From Histomonas meleagridis 2922-C6/04-290x (taxonomy: Eukaryota; Protista; Parabasalia): a stretch of DNA of 20,430 nt. The translations under genes were made by a program, and so were the position numbers. Below, one piece after another: positions 1 through 9,715 of this stretch. The DNA lies in contig JAANOX010000208.1 of assembly GCA_020184695.1 (NCBI GenBank), forward strand, positions 1 to 20,430. Reading direction: 5' to 3'. The notes beneath the pieces were generated by a model. The model made no database searches, was not told where the DNA came from, and saw nothing but the letters and a program-made list of their open reading frames with translations. How positions within the stretch are numbered: position 1 is the stretch's first letter; each line of letters begins with the position of its first letter.

Positions 1-406
1 GGAATCCATGGGCTTCTAATCCACCACCACGAATATGACGCCAAATTGTTGATTGCGAAACTTTTAATCCAAAAAAGTAAAACAAACCATAAGCAAGGAA
101 TTCCAATGAAACATGAGGATCGCTTATTAGCTCTTCAAAAATATATGCTGAATGATGTATTTGAATTACTGTTTGTATGGTTTTTTTTATCTTAGGTTCT
201 TCTGTTAAAGCGTTTTCAGTATATTGAGCATTCTTGAATATTCTATGAATCTGTCTTTCAGTAATTGAATATCTTTCTGATAATATTGAAACAGGAATTC
301 CTTCTTCTTTAAGGCGCAAAATTTCTATAATTTCTTCTTTTGAAAGTCTTTTATAAGCCTTTCGTTTGATTTCTTCATTTTCATTGTGGTGTTCTTCTTG
401 AGACAT
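1..406 (-). CDS. Partial ORF (runs off the window's left edge) encoding a tandem helix-turn-helix DNA-binding region resembling the N-terminus of a Tc1/mariner/IS630-superfamily transposase
   Basis: Absent from the ORF track because no stop lies in the window. ATG at 406 opens 135 uninterrupted codons: MSQEEHHNENEEIKRKAYKRLSKEEIIEILRLKEEGIPVSILSERYSITERQIHRIFKNAQ...ELISDPHVSLEFLAYGLFYFFGLKVSQSTIWRHIRGGGLEAHGF. First HTH-like motif: LSKEEIIEILRLKEEGIPVSILSERYSITERQIHRIF. Second: DPHVSLEFLAYGLFYFFGLKVSQSTIWRHIR. No DDE domain is visible in the window. Confidence 0.6.
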   Translation of the reverse strand, partial: MSQEEHHNENEEIKRKAYKRLSKEEIIEILRLKEEGIPVSILSERYSITERQIHRIFKNAQYTENALTEEPKIKKTIQTVIQIHHSAYIFEELISDPHVSLEFLAYGLFYFFGLKVSQSTIWRHIRGGGLEAHGF

Positions 407-411
407 TAAAA

Positions 412-427
412 AAAATGGCGCCATTTT
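412..427. promoter_or_regulatory. Perfect 16-bp palindrome AAAATGGCGCCATTTT in the 115-bp divergent intergenic region; contains an initiator-like CCATTTT on both strands
   Basis: Read directly from the sequence. It lies 6 nt upstream of the minus-strand ATG (406) and ~95 nt upstream of the USP ATG (522). A near-identical motif precedes RPC1. Confidence 0.45.
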
Positions 428-521
428 ATGATTAAAAATAAATAAAAATGTCATATTATTTTCACAGAAATATGAAATTGTCTTCAATTGATTCTGAAGT
501 TTACATACTCCCAAGCACCAA

Positions 522-1835
522 ATGGAACAAAGAAAAGATGAAGAAAAATATTATATTGAATCTATAAGATATAGTCAAACCTTCAAAAATGAATGCAAAA
601 ATGAGAAGGGTACTTTCCTTCAAGTTCAAAGATTATTATGGGAAAAATCTTTATTTCCAAGTCGTTTTCCTCCATGCTCTACTTTTCTTTGTTCACAGTG
701 CAGTGCAAAAACGAGGGATTTATCATTTTGTCTCCAATGCGGTCGTACATTTTGTGGATCACATTTTCAACATAATTGTCAAATACCATATTATGGTGTT
801 GATATATTAACACAACAACTTTTTGTATATATGCCATCCAAAGGCCGTCGTTTTATTTTTGATTCATATATAGATCATTTAATCTTATCTGCTAAATTAG
901 CTGTTATAGATGGCCTTCCTCTAACAGCAGATCTTGAACCGCATGGTTCAATCTTTCCGATACGAAGGGCTCCGATGCCATTATTCAATCTTGGGAATAC
1001 ATGTTGGCTTAATTCCATTCTTCAATGTTTTGTTGTTAATCCACTTTTGCAAAAATGGTTTCTTTCATCTTCTCTCAACATTACAAAGATAGACTGTGTT
1101 GAAGCAGCTATCCATCAACACCTTTGTCGATTATTTTTGTCGAACTTTGGTGAATCATCTTTTTCGATTTCAGAATTTGTTTATTGTATTTGGTGTTTAT
1201 TTCCATCATTTGCTAATCAACAGCAAAGTGATGCGCATGAATTCTTTATGGAACTTCGTGCTAAGCTTGATAATTATTATCAACAAACATTCGAAACAAC
1301 AGTTTTTAGTCAAGTTTTCAACTGGAAATTCACTGTAATTGAGAGTTGTAGTGCTTGTGGTCAGACCAAAACATATCTTGAAGATGCAACAGATTTAATT
1401 TTATGTTCAACAAATTGTTCAGACATCATGGAAGCGTTGTCACAATTTATGGAAACTTCGAGTCCAAAGCCGTGTTCTTCTTGCGGCGGAAAAGATTGTA
1501 AAAAACAATTTTACTTTAATACATTACCGCCAGTATTAACAATATCCATGACAAGAATAAGAAGTACTGACCCACCTATACCGATTGAAGAGGATTTGTA
1601 TCTTGGAGATTTCGTTGATGCTGACAAAAGTGAACTAAATGATGTAAAATATAGTTTGAGTAGTATAGTTGTAAGACCAGGATCTGGAGATTTGGGTCAT
1701 TATTGGGCAAATGTTCAACAATGGGGTCAATGGTACAAATGTGATGATTATACAATTACACCTATTACGATTAGTGATACATGTAGAGATGATGCATGTT
1801 TGTTATTTTACACACGTAATGGGCTGTTTCAATAA
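522..1835 (+). CDS. Ubiquitin carboxyl-terminal hydrolase (USP, peptidase C19) with an N-terminal Cys/His-rich ZnF-UBP-like region; possibly Ubp8/USP22-like
   Basis: Cys box LFNLGNTCWLNSILQCF, QQSDAHEF motif, His box GHYWANVQQWGQWYKCDD, internal CxxC pairs (CSAC, CSSC). N-terminal CSQC...CLQCGRTFCGSHFQH. Confidence 0.9.
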   Translation: MEQRKDEEKYYIESIRYSQTFKNECKNEKGTFLQVQRLLWEKSLFPSRFPPCSTFLCSQCSAKTRDLSFCLQCGRTFCGSHFQHNCQIPYYGVDILTQQLFVYMPSKGRRFIFDSYIDHLILSAKLAVIDGLPLTADLEPHGSIFPIRRAPMPLFNLGNTCWLNSILQCFVVNPLLQKWFLSSSLNITKIDCVEAAIHQHLCRLFLSNFGESSFSISEFVYCIWCLFPSFANQQQSDAHEFFMELRAKLDNYYQQTFETTVFSQVFNWKFTVIESCSACGQTKTYLEDATDLILCSTNCSDIMEALSQFMETSSPKPCSSCGGKDCKKQFYFNTLPPVLTISMTRIRSTDPPIPIEEDLYLGDFVDADKSELNDVKYSLSSIVVRPGSGDLGHYWANVQQWGQWYKCDDYTITPITISDTCRDDACLLFYTRNGLFQ

Positions 1836-1944
1836 AAGCTTATTATTTTACTGATAATTGACTTTTTAGTGAATACGATCAAAATTAATTTAAAAAATTT
1901 GGGGTGGTCCAATGAAGCTCTTTTCGTGAAATGTGACATGAAAT

Positions 1945-1965
1945 AACGGTTGTGGTCTTTCTTTT
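1945..1965 (+). promoter_or_regulatory. Trichomonad-type core promoter: Myb-like M3 element (AACGGTTG) followed by a pyrimidine M5-like element (TCTTTCTTTT) just upstream of RPL37
   Basis: AACGGTTG at 1945-1952, TCTTTCTTTT at 1956-1965 and ATG at 1971. This matches my recollection of the M3/M5 core-promoter arrangement described in Trichomonas vaginalis; the assignment is inference. Confidence 0.45.
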
Positions 1966-1970
1966 GGAAA

Positions 1971-2219
1971 ATGGGAGCAGGTACACCTTCATTCGGTAAA
2001 CGTCACAACAAATCTCATACAATTTGCCGTCGTTGCGGATCTCGTTCATACCACATTCAGAAAGGAAGATGCGCTAAGTGTGGATATCCAGAGGCTTCAA
2101 TGCGCCATTATAATTGGGCTAAGAAAGCTCATGCAAAGCGCACACAAGGAACAGGACGCATGTCACACCTCAAGAAATGCATGAAGAAACTTCAAGCAAT
2201 CTATGCTCCAAAAAAGTAA
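1971..2219 (+). CDS. RPL37: 60S ribosomal protein L37 (eL37)
   Basis: [40 protein letters not shown]...YNWAKKA...[12 protein letters not shown], with the C4 zinc finger. The true start is ATG 1971, not the TTG at 1950 used by the ORF track. Confidence 0.97.
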   Translation: MGAGTPSFGKRHNKSHTICRRCGSRSYHIQKGRCAKCGYPEASMRHYNWAKKAHAKRTQGTGRMSHLKKCMKKLQAIYAPKK

Positions 2220-2666
2220 ACATTTAATCTTACAATTTTCAAAGTAAATTTTTTAAGACGTATTTTTTTGTCTATCTCGTTATGCTAAATTTAAAATCTA
2301 GAAGATATGAGTATAATATATAATAGTTAATGTCTAGCTCAATTAAATTTCATTTTTAAATTTCTCTAACAATGAATTTTTTGTTTTATACATACTTGTT
2401 TATTATTTAATGATGATATTTACTCACATAGATACTATCTAAGAAGGGTTAATTTAAATCGAGTGATTTTACAAAATTTGATAAAATAAAGATCTCTCAA
2501 AAGTTACTTCATGATTTGTTTAAAAATTTAATTAATAAAATCTATGTTTTAGTCCTGAAACCTTTCATTTCACCAAAAAAAAAATTGGCACTTTTGAAAT
2601 ATTTTATGCTTTATCAAATTTTCAAAAGTTGAATTCACAATTTGTGTAAATCACAGAAAATATCAG

Positions 2667-3227
2667 ATGGAATCAGACAACATCATAAACATTACTCTAC
2701 TTGGGAGTTCAGGTGTGGGCAGGTTGTCATCAACAACAACGTTCCACAATGGGACTTTTCCGGATGCTTATGAACCATATATTGAGAAATGTTTTGACTT
2801 AATAATCAAAATTAAGAAAAAAGAAATACCATTCAAAGCATTTTTGCCAGCGGGTCAAGAAGAATTTTTAGACATACGAAAACAGTTTATCAATGTTGGA
2901 GAAGGTTTTATAATAATGTATTCAGTATGCGATGTTTCTTCTTTTGAAGATGTACCAAAATACTACAAGCTCATAAAAGATATGAAAAATAATGAAAACG
3001 TACCAATTATAATTTGTGGTAATAAATGTGATCTACGAAATGAGAAATCAGATTCAGATTCCAAATTTGTGACCAAAGCCCAAGGAGAAAAACTTGCAAA
3101 AGAACTAGGTGTTCCTTTCTTTGAAATTTCAGCAAAAGAAAATCTCAATATTAAAGAAATGTTTGAAACAATTGTTAAGATGACATATGACTTTAAGAAT
3201 CAATCCCAAAAATGTTTTGTAGCTTAA
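2667..3227 (+). CDS. Ras-family small GTPase-like protein with degenerate G1/G2/G3 motifs and a C-terminal CaaX box
   Basis: GSSGVGRL (G1), YEPYIE (G2 region), LPAGQEEF (G3), GNKCD (G4), EISAK (G5), terminal CFVA prenylation motif. Confidence 0.88.
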   Translation: MESDNIINITLLGSSGVGRLSSTTTFHNGTFPDAYEPYIEKCFDLIIKIKKKEIPFKAFLPAGQEEFLDIRKQFINVGEGFIIMYSVCDVSSFEDVPKYYKLIKDMKNNENVPIIICGNKCDLRNEKSDSDSKFVTKAQGEKLAKELGVPFFEISAKENLNIKEMFETIVKMTYDFKNQSQKCFVA

Positions 3228-3432
3228 TCCCAATAATAATAAATTATTTAAACTTGAAATTTTTTATATTTTTATAAAAGTTTTTTTTTTTTCATTAGTT
3301 TTGTATATTTCATGTAATTGTAATATTCCATGTTTAGGTTCACTTCAACAAGTGATTATTCCCTTTGCCTATTTTGCTGTGTTTGTTAATATAATATACA
3401 AGTTGGAAAAAAAAAATTGGAGCATTTAGTGT

Positions 3433-5860
3433 TTATACAAATGATTCGAATTGTTTCTTCCTTTTTGATCGAATAACAAAAAATGCAATCAAACCAACAG
3501 CAAGTAAAACCACTACGGGTACACAAATGCCACAACAATTGCTATTGTTTTATTACTTTATTTATCAGTTGGTTGTTTACATTCTTTTTCATATGTAATT
3601 GGAAGTAAACCAAATGTCGAATCGTGATAAGAAGAAAAAGTACAATAAAAGCAGTTGCTGGCACATTGAGGAATATGGAACTACTTAATGTTGGCTCTTT
3701 TTCTCCATAATAAAATATACAATAAAGAGTATAACAAGATTCAAATGCAGCAGATTGTATTTGAGTATCATTTTTTCCAATTATAACTGTTTCTAATTTC
3801 TGACAATTACTAAATGCACTGATTCCAATTGTTGTAACTGAATCATGAATGTAATATTTTTTAATGAAAAACAATACATAAATGTATGATCTCCAATTGT
3901 AGTTAGGTTTCCGAAATTCACTGATTCTAAATTTGAACAAGAATAAATTGTATATTCTTCAATTTTTTGAACTAATTTTGGTATTATAATATTTTGTAAT
4001 GATGTACAATTACAAAATGCAAATCTTCCAATTGTTGTAATATTATCTCCAAAATTAACAAATTCTTATAAGGAACAATAAGAAAATACATATTCTTCAA
4101 TTTTAATTAATTGATAAGGCATTTTATATGTTGTATTTTCTTTTCTTGATGGATAACAAATAATTGTCGTTAAATTTTTGATATAAAGATTTCCATTATC
4201 GTTAAAATTAGAATAGAATTTATTTTCGTTTGATATTTTTATGGATTTTAGATTTGTGCAACAATAAAAAACTCTATTTCTAATTGTTGTAACATTATTG
4301 GATATCCAATAATAACACATTCAAGATTAGAACAATGATAAAATGCAAAACCACCAATTATATTAACTGCATTTGGAATATTAAATATTATAATCGAATT
4401 TCCTGCAGGACAACAAATCAGAGATTCTATATTTTTATCATAAAGAATTCCATCTTCATTAAAATTTGAAAGGTATTTATTTTCATTTGATACTTTTATG
4501 AATTCATATACATCCATAAAATGTTTGAGATTTAATTGATTCAACTTTACTTCCAATATTTACTGATTCTAAATTATTACATTCATAAAATGCAGAATCT
4601 TCAATTGTAGTAACTGAATTTGGAATTGTAATATTTTTCAGCATAACACAATAACATGTTCAATTGTGGAGACATTATTTCCAATTGAAACTGATTCTAA
4701 TTTTATACATTCTGAAAATGCATGACTTCCAATCGTATTAACTGAATTGGGAATTATGATACTTTGCAATGAAGAACATCTATTAAATGTAGAAGTCTGA
4801 ATTGCAGTAACATTATTTCCTATGGAAACTGTTTTAAATTTATCACAATAATAAAATGCACCACCTTCAATTGTAGTAACTGAGTTTGGAATTATAACGC
4901 TTTGTATTGAGGAATATCCAAATGCATAAATGCCAATTGTAAATATATTATCTCCAAAATTTACTGTTTCAAAGTTTAAACAATTATAAAATGCATAATC
5001 TTCAATTTTACTAACTGAATTAGGAATGTTATATATCGCATTTTCTTTTCCTGGTGGATAAATAATAATTGATGAAATGTATTTATTGTAAACAATTCCA
5101 TCATCATTGAAATTTGAATAATAATTATTGTCATTTGATATTTGGATTTTAGCTTTGTACAACCATCAAATACATGATTTCCAATAATAGTTTCTTTTCC
5201 TTTAATTTCTAATGATTCTAGTAGAAAACATTGAGAAAATGCAGAATCTCCAATTGTTTTAACAGAATTACCAATATTAATTGATGATAATTCTACACAT
5301 GCCGTAAAAGCATCTGCTTCAATTGTTATAACACTATCTCCAATATTGACTGTTTTTAATAAAGAACATCTTAAAAATGCACTATTACCTATTGTTGTCA
5401 CAGGTTTTAATATGTTAACAGTTTTTAACAATGGCCATTGTGAAAAAGCTTCAGATGGAATTGTAGATACATTGCCACCAATAATAACATCAGTTGTTTC
5501 ACTCTTATGTTGTGAGTTAAATTCACTGGAGTGATATTAAGTGTTCCTTCTGGAAGGAGAAAATGTTTCATTTGTTGGTATGAATAAAAGAGTGATAATA
5601 AATGGAATGAATTTACATACAGGTGGAACATTCATATTTCCATTGAAAAACGTATTTTTATCACCATTAAAGCAATCATAAACACACAATTGAAAAATTT
5701 GGAAACAAAATCATTTTGAACAACTCCAATTTGGAGAAAATAAAATGATACTTATTATTTGTGTGCTGATCACATAAATCTGTATGATCACTTTGAATGG
5801 ACAATATTGAAGATAATTGGATATTTCGTGAAATGATATGGAAAAGAAGAAATAATACAT
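3433..5860 (-). pseudogene. Disrupted BspA-like (TpLRR / LRR_5) surface protein with a C-terminal transmembrane helix
   Basis: Repeats of the form IPNSVTTIEGGAFYYCDKFKTVSIGNNVTAI are spread over several frames (ORF-track pieces 4976-5431, 4638-5162, 4248-4556, 4066-4320, 3542-3940). Recurrent SNFNDDGIVYNK...IIYPPGK inserts. Hydrophobic N-terminus near ATG 5860. TM and tail VPVVVLLAVGLIAFFVIRSKRKKQFESFV* end at 3433. Multiple frameshifts and in-frame TAA codons; endpoints approximate. Confidence 0.85.
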
Positions 5861-6395
5861 CTTATTTATGGGAAGAACGGTTTTCTCCAAAAATTTTTGA
5901 ATGCTTTAAAATTCATTTTTTTTCAATTTTTGAATATTTAACGGGATAAACGAATTTTCCGATAATTCAGTGTAATTTTCTGTGTAATACATAATAAATC
6001 ATTGAATTTTGAGAGGGTGTTCGGTCACTTTACACGTTTTTTAAAATAACAAAATAATTCAAATATCAAGCGTTTTGATTTGGAAATTTTAATGAAATAT
6101 ATAAAAAAATCTTGTCCCCTTCGATCTTATGACTGTTCTAAACTAAAAATCGCATTGGTAATGAACAAACAATGAAGAACATTTTTTAAAAATCGATTAT
6201 TATAAATTGAAATACCACAACATATTAGTTGAAATAAATCAAACGTGTATTTTATTTACATTAAAATCTGTTATATTTCTTTGATTTTCGAAAATTGATT
6301 TCGAAACTAACATGAAATTCAATATAATACAATCGTTCTTCTCTGAAAAACATCATCGTTACACTGAATTTCCTATCGGCATCGTTTAAAATATT

Positions 6396-7991
6396 TTAAT
6401 AAAAATCATCAAATGATTCATTCAATAACTCATTAACATCATCATAAATTGACTGATGAAATTTACTTTTTTCAGGCAATATTTTAGAGACATTTTCATC
6501 ATTTTTCAATTCTGTTGAATCTGCATAAAATTGTTCGTTCATTTCATTTGAATCATTTTCTTTACCTATACTTTGATCGCCCATTTTATCTGATGGCTTT
6601 ATTTCGTTTTCTCGAAGATATTGCTGATAATAATCTTCAAAATCTTCTTCCTCATAAAATCGATTAAAATCATACATATCGTAATTCGAAATTGGCTTTT
6701 CTTGCGATGGAAAATCATCATGCAAACTGTGCACGCTTACTTCTGATTTATCGTTTGCAAAGTTTTCATCATGAAAACTATTTACACTATTTTGTATTTT
6801 GTCAAAGCTATGCACACTTGACTCATATAGTTGTTTAGCTTCGGATGAAATATCTTTGTTGATATTATTTGGTTTTGGTAAAGCGGTAATGTACCTTTTT
6901 GCATTTGGTTTATTAAGGCTGTGCACACTTGATTCGTATTGTTGTTTGGCTTCAGATGAAATATCTTTGCTGACATTATTTGGTTTTGTTTGTTGTTTAT
7001 CTTTAGATATGTTTGGAAGATATCTTTTTGTATTTGTTTTGTTACTTTGTTTTTTGTTGAATTCATTTTCGCTTAAACTATGTACACTTGTTTCATTTTG
7101 TGGATTTTCAATGTTTTTGTTTTGTTTTGCTTTAGTTTTTACTTGTGAAACATTTTGCTTTTGTTGAACTCTTTTGATTGATGAATTACTTTTTTCTGTT
7201 TGTGAAATATCAACGATTGTTTGCGTTTGCGAATTTTTGTATTTTGTTAATTCGAATTCACTGTCATCACTCGGCATTATCTCCATAACAGAAGGGAATT
7301 GTTTCGAATTAATTTTATTCTGTTTTTGACTTAAGTTTTCGATTTGCGTTTCGACTTTGTTTAATTTCTTTTTAATCCATTGGAACATTTCTTTCTCTGA
7401 TGATTTATAATCTTTCATTATCTGATGCTTACATTGATTAATTGCATGTTGAATTGTTGTTTTAGAATTTGTTGTTGAATCAATATGTTTTTTAGATGGA
7501 TGTGGAGTTCTTATCTTTCCCCATAAATGGCTTACTTCTGGATGCTTTGAAAATATGTGTTGATCTAAGTGTTGTATTGATTGAAATGCATGAAAACAAA
7601 TGGGACATTTATGTACAGCAATATATTTTTTCGAATTTGTGTATTGGTGTTGGAAAGATCGAGATTCGGTTTGAAGTTTTTGAATTTTTTTGTTTTTCTC
7701 TTTTTGAGATCTTGATAAATAGATTATTATGATTTGTAATATTTGTAATAATTTTATAACACGATCTGGTGAATCAACACTAATGATTGTGGAACGCACA
7801 AATCGACGAGAAATTTTTTTTAAGAGAGAAGAATCTTTTGAAAATTTGAGAGATATTGGATCAATTGCATCTAGAAATTCCCAATCAAAAGAATATATTT
7901 GATTTGGATCAAAGTCATCTGATAAATAATTTTTTGTTTTGTATTTACTGTGATCAAGTAGAAATGGAATTGAATCACTTTCGCGCCACAT
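6396..7991 (-). CDS. DZIP1/Iguana-like protein (Dzip-like N-terminal domain, C2H2 zinc finger, coiled coil, low-complexity tail)
   Basis: FDWEFLDAIDPISL...DRVIKLLQILQIIIIYLSRSQ followed by CPICFHAFQSIQHLDQHIFSKHP, the domain order of the DZIP1 family. First in-frame ATG is 7991 (MWRESD); the ORF track starts at GTG 8084. Family assignment is from motif recall. Confidence 0.65.
   Translation of the reverse strand: MWRESDSIPFLLDHSKYKTKNYLSDDFDPNQIYSFDWEFLDAIDPISLKFSKDSSLLKKISRRFVRSTIISVDSPDRVIKLLQILQIIIIYLSRSQKEKNKKIQKLQTESRSFQHQYTNSKKYIAVHKCPICFHAFQSIQHLDQHIFSKHPEVSHLWGKIRTPHPSKKHIDSTTNSKTTIQHAINQCKHQIMKDYKSSEKEMFQWIKKKLNKVETQIENLSQKQNKINSKQFPSVMEIMPSDDSEFELTKYKNSQTQTIVDISQTEKSNSSIKRVQQKQNVSQVKTKAKQNKNIENPQNETSVHSLSENEFNKKQSNKTNTKRYLPNISKDKQQTKPNNVSKDISSEAKQQYESSVHSLNKPNAKRYITALPKPNNINKDISSEAKQLYESSVHSFDKIQNSVNSFHDENFANDKSEVSVHSLHDDFPSQEKPISNYDMYDFNRFYEEEDFEDYYQQYLRENEIKPSDKMGDQSIGKENDSNEMNEQFYADSTELKNDENVSKILPEKSKFHQSIYDDVNELLNESFDDFY
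6804..6987 (-). repeat. Intragenic in-frame duplication with 111-nt (37-aa) period in the DZIP1-like gene
   Basis: KPNNVSKDISSEAKQQYESSVHSL and KPNNINKDISSEAKQLYESSVHSF; GCACAC anchors at 6812 and 6923. Two further SVHSL motifs lie nearby. Confidence 0.85.
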
Positions 7992-8738
7992 CTGCAATAA
8001 ACGGTCAATATCCAAATGTAAAAAGTCTTGGTAATCCGAAATAATATTTTTCGTAACTATAATATCATATTTATTGCGTTGCACACTCTCAATAAGATAT
8101 TACAATGGTTATAAGCACATTATAGAAACAAGTTATGAATAATACTTGAAAGTCATACACCATTAATTTAGGTTTGTTCTATCTCCAGCCACACGAAACA
8201 AATTTGTATGATCAAAGAAACCGAAGATTTAATTTAGGAAATGGGAAATTTATGATTAAAGCATAGGAAAAAATGACATATAGTTTTATGTTTCCAATAT
8301 TTTACAAAGTGATTTTCATTTTGTCGTGAGATTTTGTAGATAGTTGTCGTAATACAATACCTTTGCTTCTTAAGTTTGGATCAAGTGAAAATGATAATTG
8401 ATATTTTTGATATGCTTTCATATCATTCAATAAATGATGACAAAAATCAAAATTATATTTTTTATTAATTTCAATCATTGCATATTGTAAAAAAAATTGA
8501 AAATGTAAATCAACTAAAGAATAAATTTTGTTTGTCTTTTTTAATAAAGTGAAAATCTATTTAATTGATCAATTCTTATATTTTGTAATATTCCTTATAA
8601 AAAAAAGTGAATAATTAAAATAGGGGAAAATTTATTGAATTTGTCTTATTTGATTGGCTGAATAAACTTGAAAAAAGAAAATTTTGGACAGAAAAAAACA
8701 ATATTAGAATTGACAAGCTTAATTCGAATACCACTTTA

Positions 8739-9182
8739 ATGAGAGTTGTAATCGGATGCGATTTTGTTGGATTTGAATACAAAGACCGTATTGTTGCTTT
8801 GCTTAAATCCCTTGGACACGAAGTAATTGATGTTGGTACGAACAGTGCAGAATTATGCGATTATCCTGATTATGCTGAAGCAGCAGCAAAAGAGATTGTA
8901 GAAGGCCGTGCTGATCGTGGTATCTTAATATGCGGAACTGGTATTGGCATTGCAATTGCTGCAAATAAGATTAAGGGAATTCGATGTGCAATTGTTCATG
9001 ATCATTATACAGCTCAATTAACACGTATGCACAATGATGCTAATATGATTTCCTTTGGTGCTGTTGTAATTGGAATTGAAGTTGCATATGATATTGTCAA
9101 AACTTTCTTATCAACTGATTTCGAAGGTGGCCGTCATGCAAACCGCATCGCAAAGATTGCTGCTATTGAAAGTAAACAGTAA
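8739..9182 (+). CDS. rpiB: Ribose-5-phosphate isomerase B (RpiB/LacAB family), bacterial type
   Basis: GCDFVG, GILICGTGIGIAIAANKIKGIRCA, RMHNDANMI and FEGGRHANRIAKI motifs; 147 aa. Confidence 0.93.
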   Translation: MRVVIGCDFVGFEYKDRIVALLKSLGHEVIDVGTNSAELCDYPDYAEAAAKEIVEGRADRGILICGTGIGIAIAANKIKGIRCAIVHDHYTAQLTRMHNDANMISFGAVVIGIEVAYDIVKTFLSTDFEGGRHANRIAKIAAIESKQ

Positions 9183-9652
9183 ATTTAACAAATATTTAAA
9201 TTTTTATCAAAATATGTTAAACTTAAACAAACATAATTAAATATAACAATATTTATTAAAATGGAAAATTAAAACATTAAAAAAAAAGAAACAAAAAAGA
9301 ATTAAATTTCATAAACAAAACAGAAAGAAAACAGTGAAATTTGGCAAATAATATAGTGGAGTGTATACATTTTAAATAAAATTAAGTAAATAACACAATG
9401 ATATAAGTTCAATAGATAATGAAATAAGATAAGAAATTAGATGCATGTAATACAGCTAGATACTAAGAATAAAATAGTGTATATAAAACAAAGCAATGAT
9501 GCAAAACAAACAGGATATTTCATTGATATAAATTTATATTCAGTTTATCAATTACCAGACGTTAACTGGTTTCAAGTCGATTTTGGGTGCCAAAGTTATC
9601 ATTAATACGAACGTTTAATTGATGTTTTTTAAGTTTTTTACTTGGAACTTAC

Positions 9653-9715
9653 TTAATTTTTCAGTAATTGAACTATTTCATTTAACCCATTAATACGCGC
9701 TAACTCAAGTGGGGT
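9653..9715 (-). CDS. Terminal ankyrin repeat TPLELARINGLNEIVQLLKN*
   Basis: Hand-translated; resembles a C-terminal capping ankyrin repeat followed by TAA. Confidence 0.8.
   Translation of the reverse strand, partial: TPLELARINGLNEIVQLLKN

Noticed and set aside
8100-8480. Coding-like fragments on the minus strand (e.g. HTNLFRVAGDRT, faintly RhoGAP-like)
   Set aside because: Too short and interrupted by stops in all frames.
9183-9650. AT-rich stretch after RpiB examined for the same 20-nt periodicity or a small TM ORF
   Set aside because: No sustained 20-nt register; the hydrophobic translation is expected from T-rich sequence and is interrupted by stops.
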